64,000 nucleotides of DNA. Source: Octopus sinensis (taxonomy: Eukaryota). Under the pieces are notes generated by a model that was given only the letters and a program-made list of their open reading frames with translations, did no database searches and was not told where the DNA came from. The stretch is from NCBI RefSeq assembly GCF_006345805.1, contig NC_043000.1, positions 14,322,001-14,386,000 on the forward strand, written 5' to 3'. The first letter of the stretch is position 1. The number at the start of each line of letters is the position of its first letter. Made by a program: the position numbers and the translations under genes. Positions 1-13,217 of this stretch are shown in pieces.

Positions 1-319
1 AAACTAAGTACACGAATTATTATTGGTATAAAGGTGAATTGGTAATCTGGATATAGAAGCCATCGACCGGAATAATCCTCTTACTCTAGGATTTTGGCAG
101 AGATATTTACATCAGCTGGGAGCTGACCTCTATGACAGTGCATACTTTTTCTTTTCGGTCCCAAACAACAATATCCAGCTTTTTATACATAACAGATGTT
201 TTGATGGGGATGTTCCACCAATATTTCTTGTGTTGATGTTTTTGTGTATGTATTAAATAACAGGGGGATTCTCAATATATATTCAAAGATTTTTTTTCGA
301 ATGGCATTGTATATTCTTT

Positions 320-488
320 TCTAGCACAAGGCCCGAAATTTTGGGGGAAGGGGCTAGTCGATTAGATCGACCCCAGTACACAACTGGTACTTAATTTATC
401 GACCCCGAAAGGATGATAGGCAAATCAACCTCGGCGTAATTTGAACTCAGAACGTAAAGACAGTCGAAATACTGCCAAGCATTCATCG
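320..488 (-). mobile_element. tRNA-derived SINE, family C (partial)
   Basis: Reverse complement of the recurrent unit ...GAGTTCAAATT(B box)...GCCTTTCATCCTTTCGGGGTCGATAAATTAAGTACCAGT..., which occurs more than 15 times in the window. Confidence 0.8.
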
Positions 489-871
489 CTTCGGAGTGGA
501 TAAAATAAGCACCAGTTGAACTTGGAAAAAAAAACTTTGGTCGTCTTGTTGTAGTCGAGGGCTCTTCGTTGACGAAAGGCGGCCCAATCTTTCGAGTTCT
601 TTTATACGGCTTAGAAAAACTGAAGGACCGCTGCACTAGAAGGGAATATGTTGAATGAAATCATAATTAGCTGATCCTCCTGTTTTTTTGTATTACTCTT
701 TGCCAGGAACGTTTCCGCATCCACTCGTATGTACACTTAAATGTGTACATAAATCTACGTAAGAGGATACACATCACCTCAAACCTATGATAACAGAAAT
801 TTCTGGGCGCGTTACTTAATGGTTGGTTACCAGGGGTGTAATGAGCGACACCCATGTCCCACAAACTTTGA

Positions 872-1103
872 ATTTCACGTTGCTCCAGTTCACTCAGCTG
901 TAGAAATGAGTTGCGACGTCACAGGTGCCAAGCTGTATCGACCTTTGTCTTTCCCTTGGATAACACTGGTGGCGTGGAGAGGGGAGGCTGGTATGCATGG
1001 GCGACTGCTGGTCTTCCATAAACAACCTTGCCCGACTTGTGTCTAGGAGGGTAACTGTCTAGGTGCAATCCCATGGTCATTCATGACCGAAGGGGGTCTT
1101 TAC
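872..1103 (+). mobile_element. 5'-truncated SINE, family E (central domain shared with family D, different 3' tail)
   Basis: TTTCACGTTGCTCCAGTTCACTCAGCTG..AAATGAGT matches the central part of family D (18540-18600 reverse). It is followed by a distinct tail ending CATGGTCATTCATGACCGAAGGGGGTC. Confidence 0.55.
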
Positions 1104-1418
1104 CTTCTTTTATATCTTAAGCACAAGGCAACAGTCGGTGCATCACTTGTGTCTGCGACAATGGAATACTGTCACTGCTCGAGCGGCAGTCACGGTCGAT
1201 ATTTTCCAGTCATCCGTGCATGTTGCGTTGTCCTTCGTTGAAGTGCCGTAATGTCGACGTTAACATATAAAGCGATGTAAGTAAACCGAGAAACAGCGCT
1301 GAATACTGTCAACCTTTAGAGATGAAAGCAAATCGTTATATATAGGTGACTAATATTGGTGACAGTGGGGTGGCTGAGTGCAAGTATCGGAGGTTTGTAT
1401 TGATTTTATTGGACATAG

Positions 1419-1450
<32 letters not shown>

Positions 1451-2060
1451 AAGAGAAAGAAGAAGGTTGACAATGATTATAATGAAAAAAAGTGACGATG
1501 ACGACGACAAGGGAGGAGGAGGGAAGGAGGAGGAAGAGTGGAGAAGAAGAAGAAGAAAAAGAAGAAGAAGATGATGATGATGATGAGGAGGAGGAGGATG
1601 ATGAGGATGATGAGGATGAAAGAAGGAGGAGGAGAAAAAAAGGAGAAAAAGGAGAAAAAGAAGAAGAAGAAGAAGAAGAAGAAGAAGAAGATGATGATGA
1701 TGATGATGAGGAGGAGGATGATGATGATGAGGATGATGAGGATGAAAGAAGGAGGAGGAGAAAAAAAGGAGAAAAAGGAGAAAAATAAGAAGAAGAAGAA
1801 GAAGATGATGATGATGATGATGAGGAGGAGGATGATGATGATGATGAGGATGATGAGGAGGAGGAGGATGATGATGATGAGGATGATGAGGATGAAAGAA
1901 GGAGGAGGAGAAAAAAAGGAGAAAAAGGAGAAAAGGAAGAAGAAGAAGAAGAGGAAGAAGAAGAAGTAGTAGTATAGTAGTAGTAGTAGTAGTAGAAGAA
2001 GAAGAAGAAGAAGAAGAAGAAGAAGAAGAAGAAGAAGGAGGAGGAGGAGGAGGAGGAGAG
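1419..2060. repeat. Compound GAA/GAT/GAG/TAG microsatellite with three higher-order copies
   Basis: The block GATGAGGATGAAAGAAGGAGGAGGAGAAAAAAAGGAGAAAAAGGAGAAAA occurs three times (~1610, ~1735, ~1885). Confidence 0.9.
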
Positions 2061-2413
2061 ATCCAGTAGATAACATGAGACGTCAGAAAAGAAGACAAAC
2101 CTAGAACAACAATATCAACAACAGCAACAACAACAACACAAATAATGAAGAAGAAAGAGGTGGGAATGGACTGTTTAATGAAAATATGACGAATAGGTGA
2201 GTCACAGGTAGTTTAGTGACATATATTGGTGGTGGTGGTGGTGGTGGTGATGGGGGAGAAGTTGTTTTACGTAAACAAAATTGAATAAAGAGAAAATAAT
2301 ATACAAAAAATACAATAGAGCAACATGGAATAGTAGAACAACAGTAGATGACAAAACAAACAAGAATAGAGTAAAACAGAATAAGATAAAACAGAAGGAA
2401 AAAGAGAATAGAG

Positions 2414-2459
2414 CAGTATAATGCGATAATAGAATAATAATAATAATAATAATAATAAC

Positions 2460-2499
<40 letters not shown>

Positions 2500-2507
2500 T
2501 AATAATG

Positions 2508-2559
<52 letters not shown>

Positions 2560-2596
2560 TAATAATAATAATAATAATGATAATAATAATAATAAT
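2414..2596. repeat. (AAT)n microsatellite, continuing at 3143-3295
   Basis: Visible AAT tandem array interrupted by two inserted elements. Confidence 0.95.
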
Positions 2597-3142
2597 GCAG
2601 TACCAGGCAGTGGCTCTCATGGCTTCTGATCTTAACTGATTGGAAGTGTTATCATGTACATTGTTTTGTCTTGGTATAAAAGATGGGCTACAGCAAATAT
2701 TCTGCTCAATACCACAGATTTGCTTGTCAGTTGTTTGACCTTAACCAGTTGAGCATGTCCCTTAGTGGCTGACGATATGTGCATCTCTGATCACGAGCAG
2801 AAGTAGTGGAGGAGCATCATAGCCATGTGTTGAGAGGGATTCTTTGGGGTTTGAATAGTTCACCTCTGGAAACATGGGTGGTTCTTTCAACATCCTTAAA
2901 CAACCCTTATTCAGGGACCGTTTGAGCGGGATGGGCTACTCAACCTGAAGAAAATTCTAACTGGGCCCCACCTGCAAGGTCATGTGCTGTTTATCTTGAT
3001 ATGAGATCACCATGTCGCGCACATATGGTTGTGATGCATGTGCCTGGTGTACCTTTATCAGACGGGTAGTCATGATGGGTATATTGGGTTTCGTATATTT
3101 TACCCCAGTGTTACTTTGATGGCATGAACTGCTCTCTCACTC
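2597..3142. mobile_element. 546-bp non-coding interspersed element embedded in (AAT)n
   Basis: Complex sequence with sharp boundaries, (AAT)n on both sides and no informative ORF. Family unassigned. Confidence 0.5.
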
Positions 3143-3160
3143 AATAATAATAATACAAAA

Positions 3161-3670
<510 letters not shown>

Positions 3671-4369
3671 AATGATAATAATAATAAAATGATGGTTAAG
3701 AATAGAATAGAATAAAACATAACAGAATGTAAGTGGATTAAATGGAATAGAATAAACGGAAGAACGAAATATAGAAGATTTTGTTTGTGTATTTGGTTAA
3801 TGACATTCTTGATGCGAACTTGTGTGTTGAAACAAATCTTTTGTATTTCGGAAGGGGCATTATGTCAATACTAAACACACGCACCCGTTCACTTTCACTT
3901 CTTTTATTATATGCTTGTCAACTGATTATTTAACCAATTAATTAACCGATTGTTTGATTAATTGTTCAGTTGTTCAATAAACCAGTGAGGTTTGTCAAAG
4001 CCCTTTCATCGCTATTCACAACCTCATCAACGAGTTACCCGCTCCTCTGATCGATTGATTAACCAACGAGTTACCCACTCCTCTGATTGATCGATTAGTT
4101 AATTATAGTTGACCAATTAACAAATGAATAGCAAGGAAGTGAAATACATCCAATGCGCGTGTTTATTATTAGCGTAATGACCCTCTCAAGATAACAGAAA
4201 TATAGTAGCACTAATGAAGAAGCCTTTACGTAGTCGATTGGTCTGGTAGAAATAACAACCAGATCTTCTTTAAATCACACTACTTTCGAAAAAAAAAGTT
4301 GCATGGGTTAGCCTTTCGCCCCCTATGTAGCCTAGATCTCTGACAACTTCTCTTCTCTGTAGTCGACGC

Positions 4370-4625
4370 TGTGCTGTTCCCTCTCTGGTCTTGTTAGCTT
4401 AGAATTGGCGTCAATGCTTCTGTATCTTTCCTTGCTTTCTAGCTAGAGGTGTTGGTCCTATGTAAATCCATTTTTACATCTGCAAAGAAGTGGTCCATAT
4501 TAGACTGATCTCTATGTCTTTGACCTGTCCTACAGAAGAGGCTCTACCAGGAGCTTGGGCTCCACTGACATAGCTCTCAGGGTCATTGAGGTGCAAAAAC
4601 CACTACTCTGCAACAAGGACTGGAC
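4370..4625 (-). mobile_element. Degenerate segment resembling an RTE LINE 5' UTR
   Basis: Minus strand CCTCAATGACCCTGAGAGCTATG..CTCCTGGTAG..GGACAGGTCAAAG resembles RTE 5' regions as I recall them; not verified. Confidence 0.3.
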
Positions 4626-4755
4626 CTTATAGTGGACTTCGTGGTATACTATGTAAGTAACATGTGGGATGGTCATGGTTGCAACGCCTTTGATAATAGA
4701 TTTGCTTATTCACTTATGACTAACTAATAAAATTAGAAAAAAAACTAACATAGGT

Positions 4756-5127
4756 GTGGAAGCACTCCGTCGGTTACGATGATGAGGGTTCCGGTTGATC
4801 CGAATCAACGGAACAGCCTGCTCGTGAAATTAACGTGTAAGCGGCTGAGCACTCCACAGACACGTGCACCCTTAACGTAGTTCTTGGGGACATTCAGCGT
4901 GACACAGAGAGTGACAAGGCCGGCCCTTTGAAATACAAGTACAACAGAAACAGGAAGTAAGAGTGAGAGAAAGTTGTGGTGAAAGAGTACAGCAGGATTC
5001 ACCACCACCCCCTGCCGGAGCATCGTGGAGCCTTAGGTGTTTTCGCTCAATAAACACTCACAACGCCCGGTCTGGGAATCGAAACCGCGAGTCCGCTGCC
5101 CTAACCACTGGGCCATTGCGCCTCCAC
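4756..5127 (-). mobile_element. tRNA-derived SINE, family B, full length
   Basis: A box TGGCCCAGTGG and B-box-like TTCGATTCC; 11-bp TSD CTAACATAGGT at 4745-4755 and 5128-5138. Confidence 0.9.
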
Positions 5128-5544
5128 CTAACATAGGTACAAGGCAACAAATTTGAGGAAGCGATTAGTCGATTAAATCGATCCCAGTAGATGACTGGTC
5201 AAGTCTGATTGATCTTGTCGGGATTTGAACTCGGAGCGTAATATCTTGACTGTTATTTTTCGTGTAGATAGCATCCCTGGGTAAATTTCATCATTCACTA
5301 CACAGTCCAGCAGACGGGAAGGTGACTGATTAAAGCAGTGGTGTACAAAGGATTGCAACATCCAGGAGCAAAGACACTTCTTATATACTAGAACGAAATA
5401 CATGTCCCTTCAAACCAGCACCTAGGGGTGACCAACTCTCTCTCCGCTTTATTATGCCTCTGGACTGAGGTGAAGTAGAGAGACCATCGACTCCTTAATG
5501 GAATCCTTGATCACTTAGTGAATAAGTATAAATAATAATAAAAA

Positions 5545-6015
5545 TATTGGTTACAAATTTTGGCACAAGGCCAGCAATTTCGGGGTGGGTCTAAGTCAAT
5601 TAAATTGACCCCAGTATATACCGGGTACTTCTTTTATCGACTCCGAAAGGAGGAAAGGCAAAGCTGACCTCGGTGGCAACGTAAAGTCGGACGAAATGTC
5701 GCTAAGCATTTTACCATGTGTCCTAACGACCCTACCAGCTAGCTGCCCTATATTTCGCCGCGATTTCGGAGAAAGGGTAAGTTGATTACATCGATCCCCA
5801 ATTTTTCTCAATTGGTACTTATTTAATCGACCCCGAAAGGATGAAAGCCAAAGTCCACTTCGACGGAATTTGAACTCAGAATGTGATGACAGACAAAATG
5901 CCGCTAAGCATTTTGCCCGGCGGCGTGCTTACGATTCTGCCAGCTCACCTGAAAATTTTGAGGGAGGGATGCCGAGTCGATTACATCGACTCCATTTCAA
6001 ATAGTACTTGTTTTA
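5545..6015 (-). mobile_element. Cluster of three SINE C fragments
   Basis: Repeated GACCCCAGT..GGTACTT..ATCGACCCCGAAAGGATGAAAG module. Confidence 0.75.
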
Positions 6016-6155
6016 TCGCCGCCGCCGCCGCCGCCGCCACCACCACCACCGCCACCACCACCACCACCACCACAACAACAACAACAACAATAGCAACGGC
6101 AACAATTTGGAGAGAAAAAGACTATAGGTGGTATAGTCAATATTAAATATATTAC

Positions 6156-6352
6156 AAGGCGGCGAGCTAGCAGATTCGTTAAGCACCCCGGGCGAAATGC
6201 TTAGCGGCATTTCGTCTGTCGCCACGTTCTGAGTTCAAATTCCACCGAGGAGACTTTGCCTTTCATCCTATCGGGGTCGATAAAATAAATACCAGTTGTA
6301 ATCGACATACCCACCTCATCTGAAATTGCTGGCCTTGTGCCAAAATTTGAAA
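6156..6352 (+). mobile_element. SINE C, near full length
   Basis: Head AAGGCGGCGAGCT.GCAGA.TCGTTA, B box GAGTTCAAATTCC, tail GGCCTTGTGCCAAAATTTGAA. Confidence 0.85.
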
Positions 6353-6365
6353 TTAATATTAAACA

Positions 6366-6733
6366 TCTCTCTATATATAAAGCTGAAGTTGTCTGTGTAT
6401 GGCAGGTTTGGTAGTCTTCAACTAACACTATCTCCTCCGAGACCCTGCGGCGCAAGTTGACCAAAATTGAGAGTATGATAGAAGAAGGCCTGCTCTTATC
6501 GGACCATGTTAACAGCAAAAATTATTTACATCAAAAAGGTGCTTTTTTTCTATGAAAATCCCTATTTTTTAACGGTTTTTTGACTGCTGTGTCGCCATTT
6601 TTCGGTGTATTTCAACCAGAAAATGTTCACTTAAAGAGAATAACAAGCTACATAATGCAAAATTTTTACTTTTCAAAAATTCCAATTCTAAAGGGTCGAA
6701 ACAAACCCGAACAACGCTGGGCGATACTGCTAG
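6366..6733 (+). mobile_element. Non-autonomous Helitron (type H1)
   Basis: A|TC 5' end, subterminal GC hairpin (CCCG..CAACGC.GGG), CTAG|T 3' end, no TSD. Near-identical copy at 36165-36545. Confidence 0.8.
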
Positions 6734-6807
6734 TATTAAATAAAGTAACATACGTTTTAATTTCTTGACATCATAAATAAGAAGGAGGGCGTGTTTGATG
6801 TATATTA

Positions 6808-7710
6808 CACTGGACAGCAAAGATTTTGCTCCTGGGGTAAAAGCAGGTGTTTTAGACTAAATCGAGGATGCTGATTCCAATTCCACACTCAGAATTGTTC
6901 TAACACGTCAGGATTTTGAGTTATGTGCATGCGCAAGATTATAACTATACATTCGACTAGATATAGGCTGTATTATAAAATTTGCTAAAAGGAAAGCGGT
7001 CTTAATTCAAAATTAAAGAAACAACAGCAATAAAATAAACGATGAGAAAGTTTCCTTATTTAGTTTAGCAATAGATGGCGCTGACGTACTGTGGTTAATG
7101 CCAAATACGCCATTTTGTTCTTGTTTTCTCTCAGTGTCGCTTGCGCTGTCGTCGCGCCTGGTGTGTGTATCTCTCGCTCTGTGTGATCACTGTTTTAACT
7201 GTGTTCATTGTGTTAGATCATGAATAGGAGAGGCTGTGTGAATCACCCAGACAACTTCTGTTGTGTCTGTGGAAAATTTGCTCTGCGTAACCAGCGGAGG
7301 AACATTGCCACCAAATTAAAAATTGCCTATAAATACTACTTCGGGTGTAAAGTTGGGGACCGAGACAAAAGGGGAGCACTTCATATATGCTGCACTGTGT
7401 GTTACTCAGGGCTTACACAGTGACTGAATGGAAAACGGAAGGGAATGTCTGTTGCTGTACCAATGGTATGGCGTGAGCCAATCAATCATGTCTCTAATTG
7501 TTACTTTTACATGACGAATATTAGTGGTTTCTCAAAGAAGACCAAAGCAAAAATTGTGTATGCAGATTGTAAGTCGGTTCTAAAACCGGTCCCACATGAC
7601 TTTGAGAACCCTGTCCAAGTTCCCTTCTCACATGCTTCACTTGAAAATTTTGACACGTCGTACGATGAACCCCTTGTCCCCAAAATTTACCACAAAGTCT
7701 TCCTTTAGAC
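6808..7710 (+). mobile_element. 5' part of a DNA transposon with an interrupted Cys-rich N-terminal ORF (7220-7708)
   Basis: Starts TA|CACTGGACAGC. ORFs MNRRGCVNHPDNFCCVCG..YFGCKVGD..HICC..C (stop at 7421) and ..PMVWREP.NH..CYF.. resemble the N-terminus of a widespread transposon-encoded protein family as I recall it. Superfamily not assigned. Confidence 0.6.
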
Positions 7711-7894
7711 TTTCAAGTTGTAATATGTATATCTCAGATCAGGATCAGAAATGTTATTAACTTCTCCTTTTTGTAACTGCCGCAAATTTGAAAATAAATA
7801 CCGTGTATGATGGCATAAAAGACCTACAAGCAAATTAGACACATCACAGTTTCGGAAGCATGTATCCAAAGAAGAAAATACTTTTTTCCATCAA

Positions 7895-8114
7895 CCCTTT
7901 AGTATTCAAACCGGCCATATCCAGCCCAAATGTTCTACTCGTTTTATATTGAAATTGACTAGACCGGGTTTCTCACACCTACTCTACAATGTCATTCTAA
8001 AAATAAACCATCACTTCATTGAAATCTCTAAGTTACAAGTTAATGTACGGTAAATTCAAAACAATGTGAAAAAATAACCATTACACTAGACAGAAAAATC
8101 TGAATGCAAAAGGG
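7895..8114. mobile_element. piggyBac-like MITE
   Basis: TIRs CCCTTTAGTATTCA / TGAATGCAAAAGGG (12/14 match), flanked by TCAA and TTAA. Confidence 0.7.
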
Positions 8115-8399
8115 TTAAAGCAAAAGGAAAAATTTACGAACGGGAGACCCAACATTGTATATAAGATCCAGGGTGATTTTTTCGTGCTTTTTTTCTAAAA
8201 CAAAGCAGTGTGTCTTATATGCCATTAAATTCAATACTTAAAATTTGCACGAGCTAATGTAGATTTAAGAAAGTCTATTTAAACTTGGAAAGTTATTAGA
8301 ATTGTTCGGGCCTGAATAATCTTTATTTTGAAGACATTTCTGTACGCCGTTAAAACTGGAATTTAATTGTAACGAATAGAATAGATGTTTCTTACCATG

Positions 8400-9150
8400 T
8401 TTAAAGTCGTCACATTGGGGAAGGAGGCAACACATCAGCAAAGATCTCCATATCATATAAGTCAACATATTTTTCCAAGGTATCGTCTGCTATCAACCAG
8501 TTGAGCATCCACGTGCAAAAGTAATTGGTTAAAATGTCCATCATTTTCGCGTTCTTTTTTTAAAAAATATAACACTGCACGTAATCGCGAAGCAAGAGGA
8601 TGTACTTTAGTATTGTTGATTGACATGTGACACACACTTATGAAGCTCCATGTAAGTTCATCATGCAGTTTCTTCAAATAGTCCTTTAATTCAATAATTG
8701 TTCCCCTTTCTCTTCTCCTTTATTGCACTTCAGACTTGGACTATCATTTCCCACATAGACCATAAAAATATATATGAACCGTTGAAAGTTGATTCTCAGA
8801 ATTCGATAGAAAATTTCTAATTTTGAAGCTAAAATAACAAAGTTTTCTGTATCAATGCGTAGTGGCATTGTATTTGTATTTACTCTCATGCATTCTATGG
8901 CGGGCTGAGAATCTTTATTCGTTAAAGATCCAGTAACTACCTATATTACGAGCATTTCAACAATGGTATGTGTTTGTTTTTTCTTTGTAGTATTAAGAGG
9001 GATATTGCGCGATGTTATTAACCTTCTTTGAATATCTAACACTGGTAGGTGCTTTGAAGAATATCTTTAACTTCGGTCGATTTCTAAAGTTTTCTTTCAT
9101 TGTCTTTGAAAAATTAGGGTGAATTTTTTTAAAGGTTTCATGGCATCATG
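8400..9150 (-). pseudogene. Decayed hAT (Buster/Charlie-type) transposase
   Basis: Across shifted frames: THTIVEMLVI (cf. PHTIGE.LI), NTNTMPLRID (cf. SNNTV.RRID), ENDGHFNQLLLH.. then WL..DTLEKYVDLYD (cf. ENDEEF.RLLLHTEVRWLSKG.CL.RF). Confidence 0.6.
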
Positions 9151-9167
9151 ACTGAAAGAATTTTCAC

Positions 9168-9573
9168 AGGTGTAGGAGTGGGTGTGTGGTAAGTAGCTTG
9201 CTCATCAACCATATGGTTCCGGGTTCAGTCCCACTGCGTGGTACCTTGGGCAAATGTCTTCTTCTATAGCCTCGGGCCGACCAAAGCCTTGTGAGTGGAT
9301 TTGGTAGACGGAAACTGAAAGACGCCCGTCGTATATATGTATATATATATATGTATGCGTGTGCATATGTTTGTGTGTCTGTGTTTGTCCCCCCACATCG
9401 CTTGACAACTGATGCTGGTGTGTTTAGGTTCCCGTAACTTAGCGGTTCGGCAAAAGAGACCGATAGAATAAGTACTAGGCTTACAAAGAATAAGTCCTGG
9501 GGTCGATTTGCTCGACTAAAAGGCGGTGCTCCAGCATGGCCACAGTCAAATGACTGAATCAAGTAAGAGAGTA
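9168..9573 (+). mobile_element. tRNA-derived SINE, family A, full length
   Basis: Head GGAGTGG.TGTGTGGTAAG..GGTTCAGTCCC, CCTTGGGCAA.TGTCTT motif, internal (TA/TG)n, tail GTAAGAGAGTA. Confidence 0.9.
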
Positions 9574-10262
9574 TAGAAGGTACATAAGCATTGTTGAAAT
9601 AGTAAACAAAAGTACGAATCCAATTTTTTAAATATTCTTACGAATATCATCGGCAATTCTTCCAAAAATCAGCTGCTACCAATATGCTTATAAAGTGTTT
9701 CGCTTAATTCTCAGAGTAAATGCACAGCTATTAGTTCCTTACAACTTCTCCGATAGCTATAGGTGTTGTGTATTCACTAGTTGTTACAAGACAATTTGGC
9801 CCTCTACGCTGCGATGTAGCACAGAAAATCACGCAGCCGGGATAGTCAGTCTAGCATTACCACAACCCAAATTTTCACAATAAGCTAAGATCAAGCCAAA
9901 ATATCTTAAAATGTTACAAGATTACAGCGTTAATGATGAATAATAACAGCAAATTTGTTTATCGGACATTTAAAAAAATCAGAGCGTATGGGTGAAGAAA
10001 ATATAAGTCGATTCATCCATATGGAAACAAATATGGCTGACAATGTTTCGGTATAGTTTGATTCTAACTAATGATAAATTATCATAATTCTATCATTATT
10101 TTTTAGGAAACAATATAGAATAAGCAATAAAAATATCTCTAAATTATATATAAATCAGAAATATGTGCCATAAATTTATTTTAATGTATATAGGCATGTA
10201 GGAAAGCGTATATATATCTATATGTATACAACTCCAATTACACAGATATAATATATATATAT

Positions 10263-10310
<48 letters not shown>

Positions 10311-10930
10311 CATATATATATGCATTTCCTTTAATACATACATATCTATATCTTATATATGTAAACATATATGTATGTATGTATGTATGTATCTATATAT
10401 ATGTGTGTGTGTATCTATAAATATATGTGTGTTTGTAAAGTATGTATGCCAGTATTCGTACGCATGTATGCATATATGTTGTCATTAGCGACAACAGATA
10501 CAGTTTATGAAGACAGGAATTACGCACAGACATTATTATGTATATATATTATCTTTAATGTAGAAATAAATTGATTTCTTTGTACGAATATCTATCTTTC
10601 GATTACAGTTGACCTACTTTTTTGCTCCTTCGTTGTTTATCGACTCCAAGGATATTCTCATCGACCCCTAGGGGCCGTTATCGACCGCTTTGAGAGAACC
10701 TCTGGCTTAAATGAAAGATCAAAACTTACTTTTTAGTTCTTTGCAAGCTGATTTAATTCATTCAACGTTTTTGCTTTTCACAGAAAATATGTTTTTTACA
10801 GGTGAAAGAAAGCACGTCTTTTGGTCATTATATATATATATATATATACATATAATATATAATATAATAATATATATATATATATATAAAGCATATGTAT
10901 ATCTGCAGACATATTTATAAATGAGTTATG

Positions 10931-11346
10931 TACTCTTTACTCTTTACTCTTTACTTGTTTCAGTCATTTGACTGCGGCCATGCTGGAGCACCGCCTTTAG
11001 TCGAGCAATCGACCCCGGGACTATTCTTTGTAAGCCCAGTACACTTATTCTATCGGTCTCTTTTGCCGAACCGCTAAGTGACGGGGACGTAAACATACCA
11101 GCATCGGTTGTCAAGCAATGCTAGGGGTACAAAGACAGACACACAAACATATACACACACACACATATATATACATATATACGACAGGCTTCTTTCAGTT
11201 TCCGTCTACCAAATCCACTCACAAGGCATTGGTCGGCGCGGGGCTATAGCAGAAGACACTTGCCCAAGGTGCCACGCAGTGGGACTGAACCCGGAACCAT
11301 GTGGTTGGTTAGCAAGCTACTTACCACACAGCCACTCCTGCGCCTA
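10931..11346 (-). mobile_element. SINE A, full length
   Basis: Reverse complement of family A with a (TACTCTT)n tail. Confidence 0.9.
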
Positions 11347-12005
11347 TGTGTGCATGTATATTGTAAAATGTACATTATAAATTGTAGTTTTCAGGGAAGA
11401 AGAGTAATGCAGAAAGCAAATGGTAAAGAGAAAGGAAATAGGAATTGGTTGAGAAGGGAATAAAGAGTGAATGAGTGTTATTACAAAGACAGGAGGGAGG
11501 AAAAGGGAGAGGGGGGAAGAGAGAGTGGGGAGGAGGAGAAGGGAAGAAGAAGGAGAAGGAGGAGGAGGAGGAGGAGGAGGAGGGGAGGAGGAGAAGAAGA
11601 AGGAAGAAGAAGAAGAAGAAGAAGAAGAAGAAGAAGAAGAAGAAGAAGAAGAAGAGAGTGCTCAATGATAGTACAAATAGAAAGAAAATTTACACGGGAA
11701 TATTTGAGAGAAAAAAGGAAGAAGGGGAGAAAGAACGAAAGATAGATAGATAGATAGATAGATAGTTTGAGTGAGTGAGAGAGAAACAGGCTAGGATATG
11801 ACGGGATAGAGGAATGGAGAGTGAGGGGTAAATCACGATGTGCGTATGTGTGTGTGTACATACATACGTACATACATAGATATATGTACATGCACACACA
11901 CACATGTGTGTGTGTATGTATGTATATATATAATATATATATATATATGTATATATATTATATATATATGTATTATATATATATATAATATATATATATT
12001 ATATA

Positions 12006-12039
<34 letters not shown>

Positions 12040-12041
<2 letters not shown>

Positions 12042-12454
12042 CGCAGGAGTGGCTGTGTGGTAAGTAGTTTGTGTACAACCACATGGTTTTGGGTTCAGTC
12101 CCACTGCGTGACACCTTGGGCAAGTGTTTTCTACTATAGCCTCGGGCCGACCAAAGCCTTGTGAGTGGATGTGGTAGACAGAAACTGAAAGAAGCCCGTC
12201 GTATATATGTATATATATATATGCGTGTGTGTGTTTGTGTGTCTGTGTTTGTCCCCCTAGCATTGCTTGACAACCGATGCTGGTGTGTTTATATCCCCGT
12301 TACTTAGCGGTTCGGCAAAAGAGACCGATAGAATAAGTACTGGGCTTACAAAAGAATAAGTCCCGGGGTCGATTTGCTCGATTAAAGGCGGTGCTCCAGC
12401 ATGGCCGCAGTCAAATGACTGAAACAAATAAAAGAGTAAAAAGAGTAAAGAGTA
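12040..12454 (+). mobile_element. SINE A, full length
   Basis: Matches the family A consensus; preceded by (TA)n. Confidence 0.9.
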
Positions 12455-13217
12455 TATGGGTGTGTGTGTGTTTATGTATGTATTTAGAGAGAGACAGAGA
12501 GAGAGAGTTGCCAGGGAAAAGAACGGATTGTCTGGAATGCAAAGACTGTCACACATTTGTGGATGTAACAGTGTATATACTTCTATACAAAGTATGTTTG
12601 TGTATTTAGGTTTACAGATATGTAGGTGTTTGTTTTCTGTAGGTGTGCGTAGGTGGAAGATCAAATATCTAGCATGGATACCTGATGCATGTGTGTGTGA
12701 TAGAAACTATTGCATGTCTACTTAATGTAGCGATTATTTATGAGGATCTATGCCTGCTGTAGGTTTATATGTCTAAGTCTGTTTACCTTTATGTAAGTAC
12801 GTGCGTCATTTCAGGTTTAACGCTTACAGATAGTTGATCTACGATGAGATCCTTATGTTGAAGCCCTCTGGAGAAAATGAAACCGAGATCAAAAGTTTCG
12901 TGTCAGATTGCTTCATCAGTCTGTGTTTCGCTAGGGATCTCTCTCTTTCTCCCTTCCCCCTCTCTTCCCATTCTCTGTCTCTTATCCCCCCCATACTCTC
13001 TTTTTCTCATTCACATTACATCAAGTCTGATGCATCTCAGAGTCCAGTTATCCCCTTCGTTCTTTGTTCAGTAGACAAAAGATCTCCGACCATCGGGCCT
13101 CAGACCAGTACCGGGCTGTGGATCATTTGATACCCGGCCCCACAGAGACAATAGATTTTAAAGATTTTACTTCTGTTTTATTGACTATCGCAGTCTTCAG
13201 GGCGTATTTGCAATATA

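Noticed and set aside
5290-5390. Possible terminal exon YIRSVFAPGCCNPL..
   Set aside because: It is short, and its similarity to the 20.5-kb peptide (PGxCCxPL) is within chance.
8396-8468. Apparent signal-peptide exon (MLTYMIWRSLLMCCLL..|GTAAG)
   Set aside because: It overlaps an alternative frame of the decayed hAT transposase.
12880-12930. Minus-strand CTGATGA...GAAAC hammerhead-like spacing
   Set aside because: Stem II and stem III do not pair and there is no valid NUH site.
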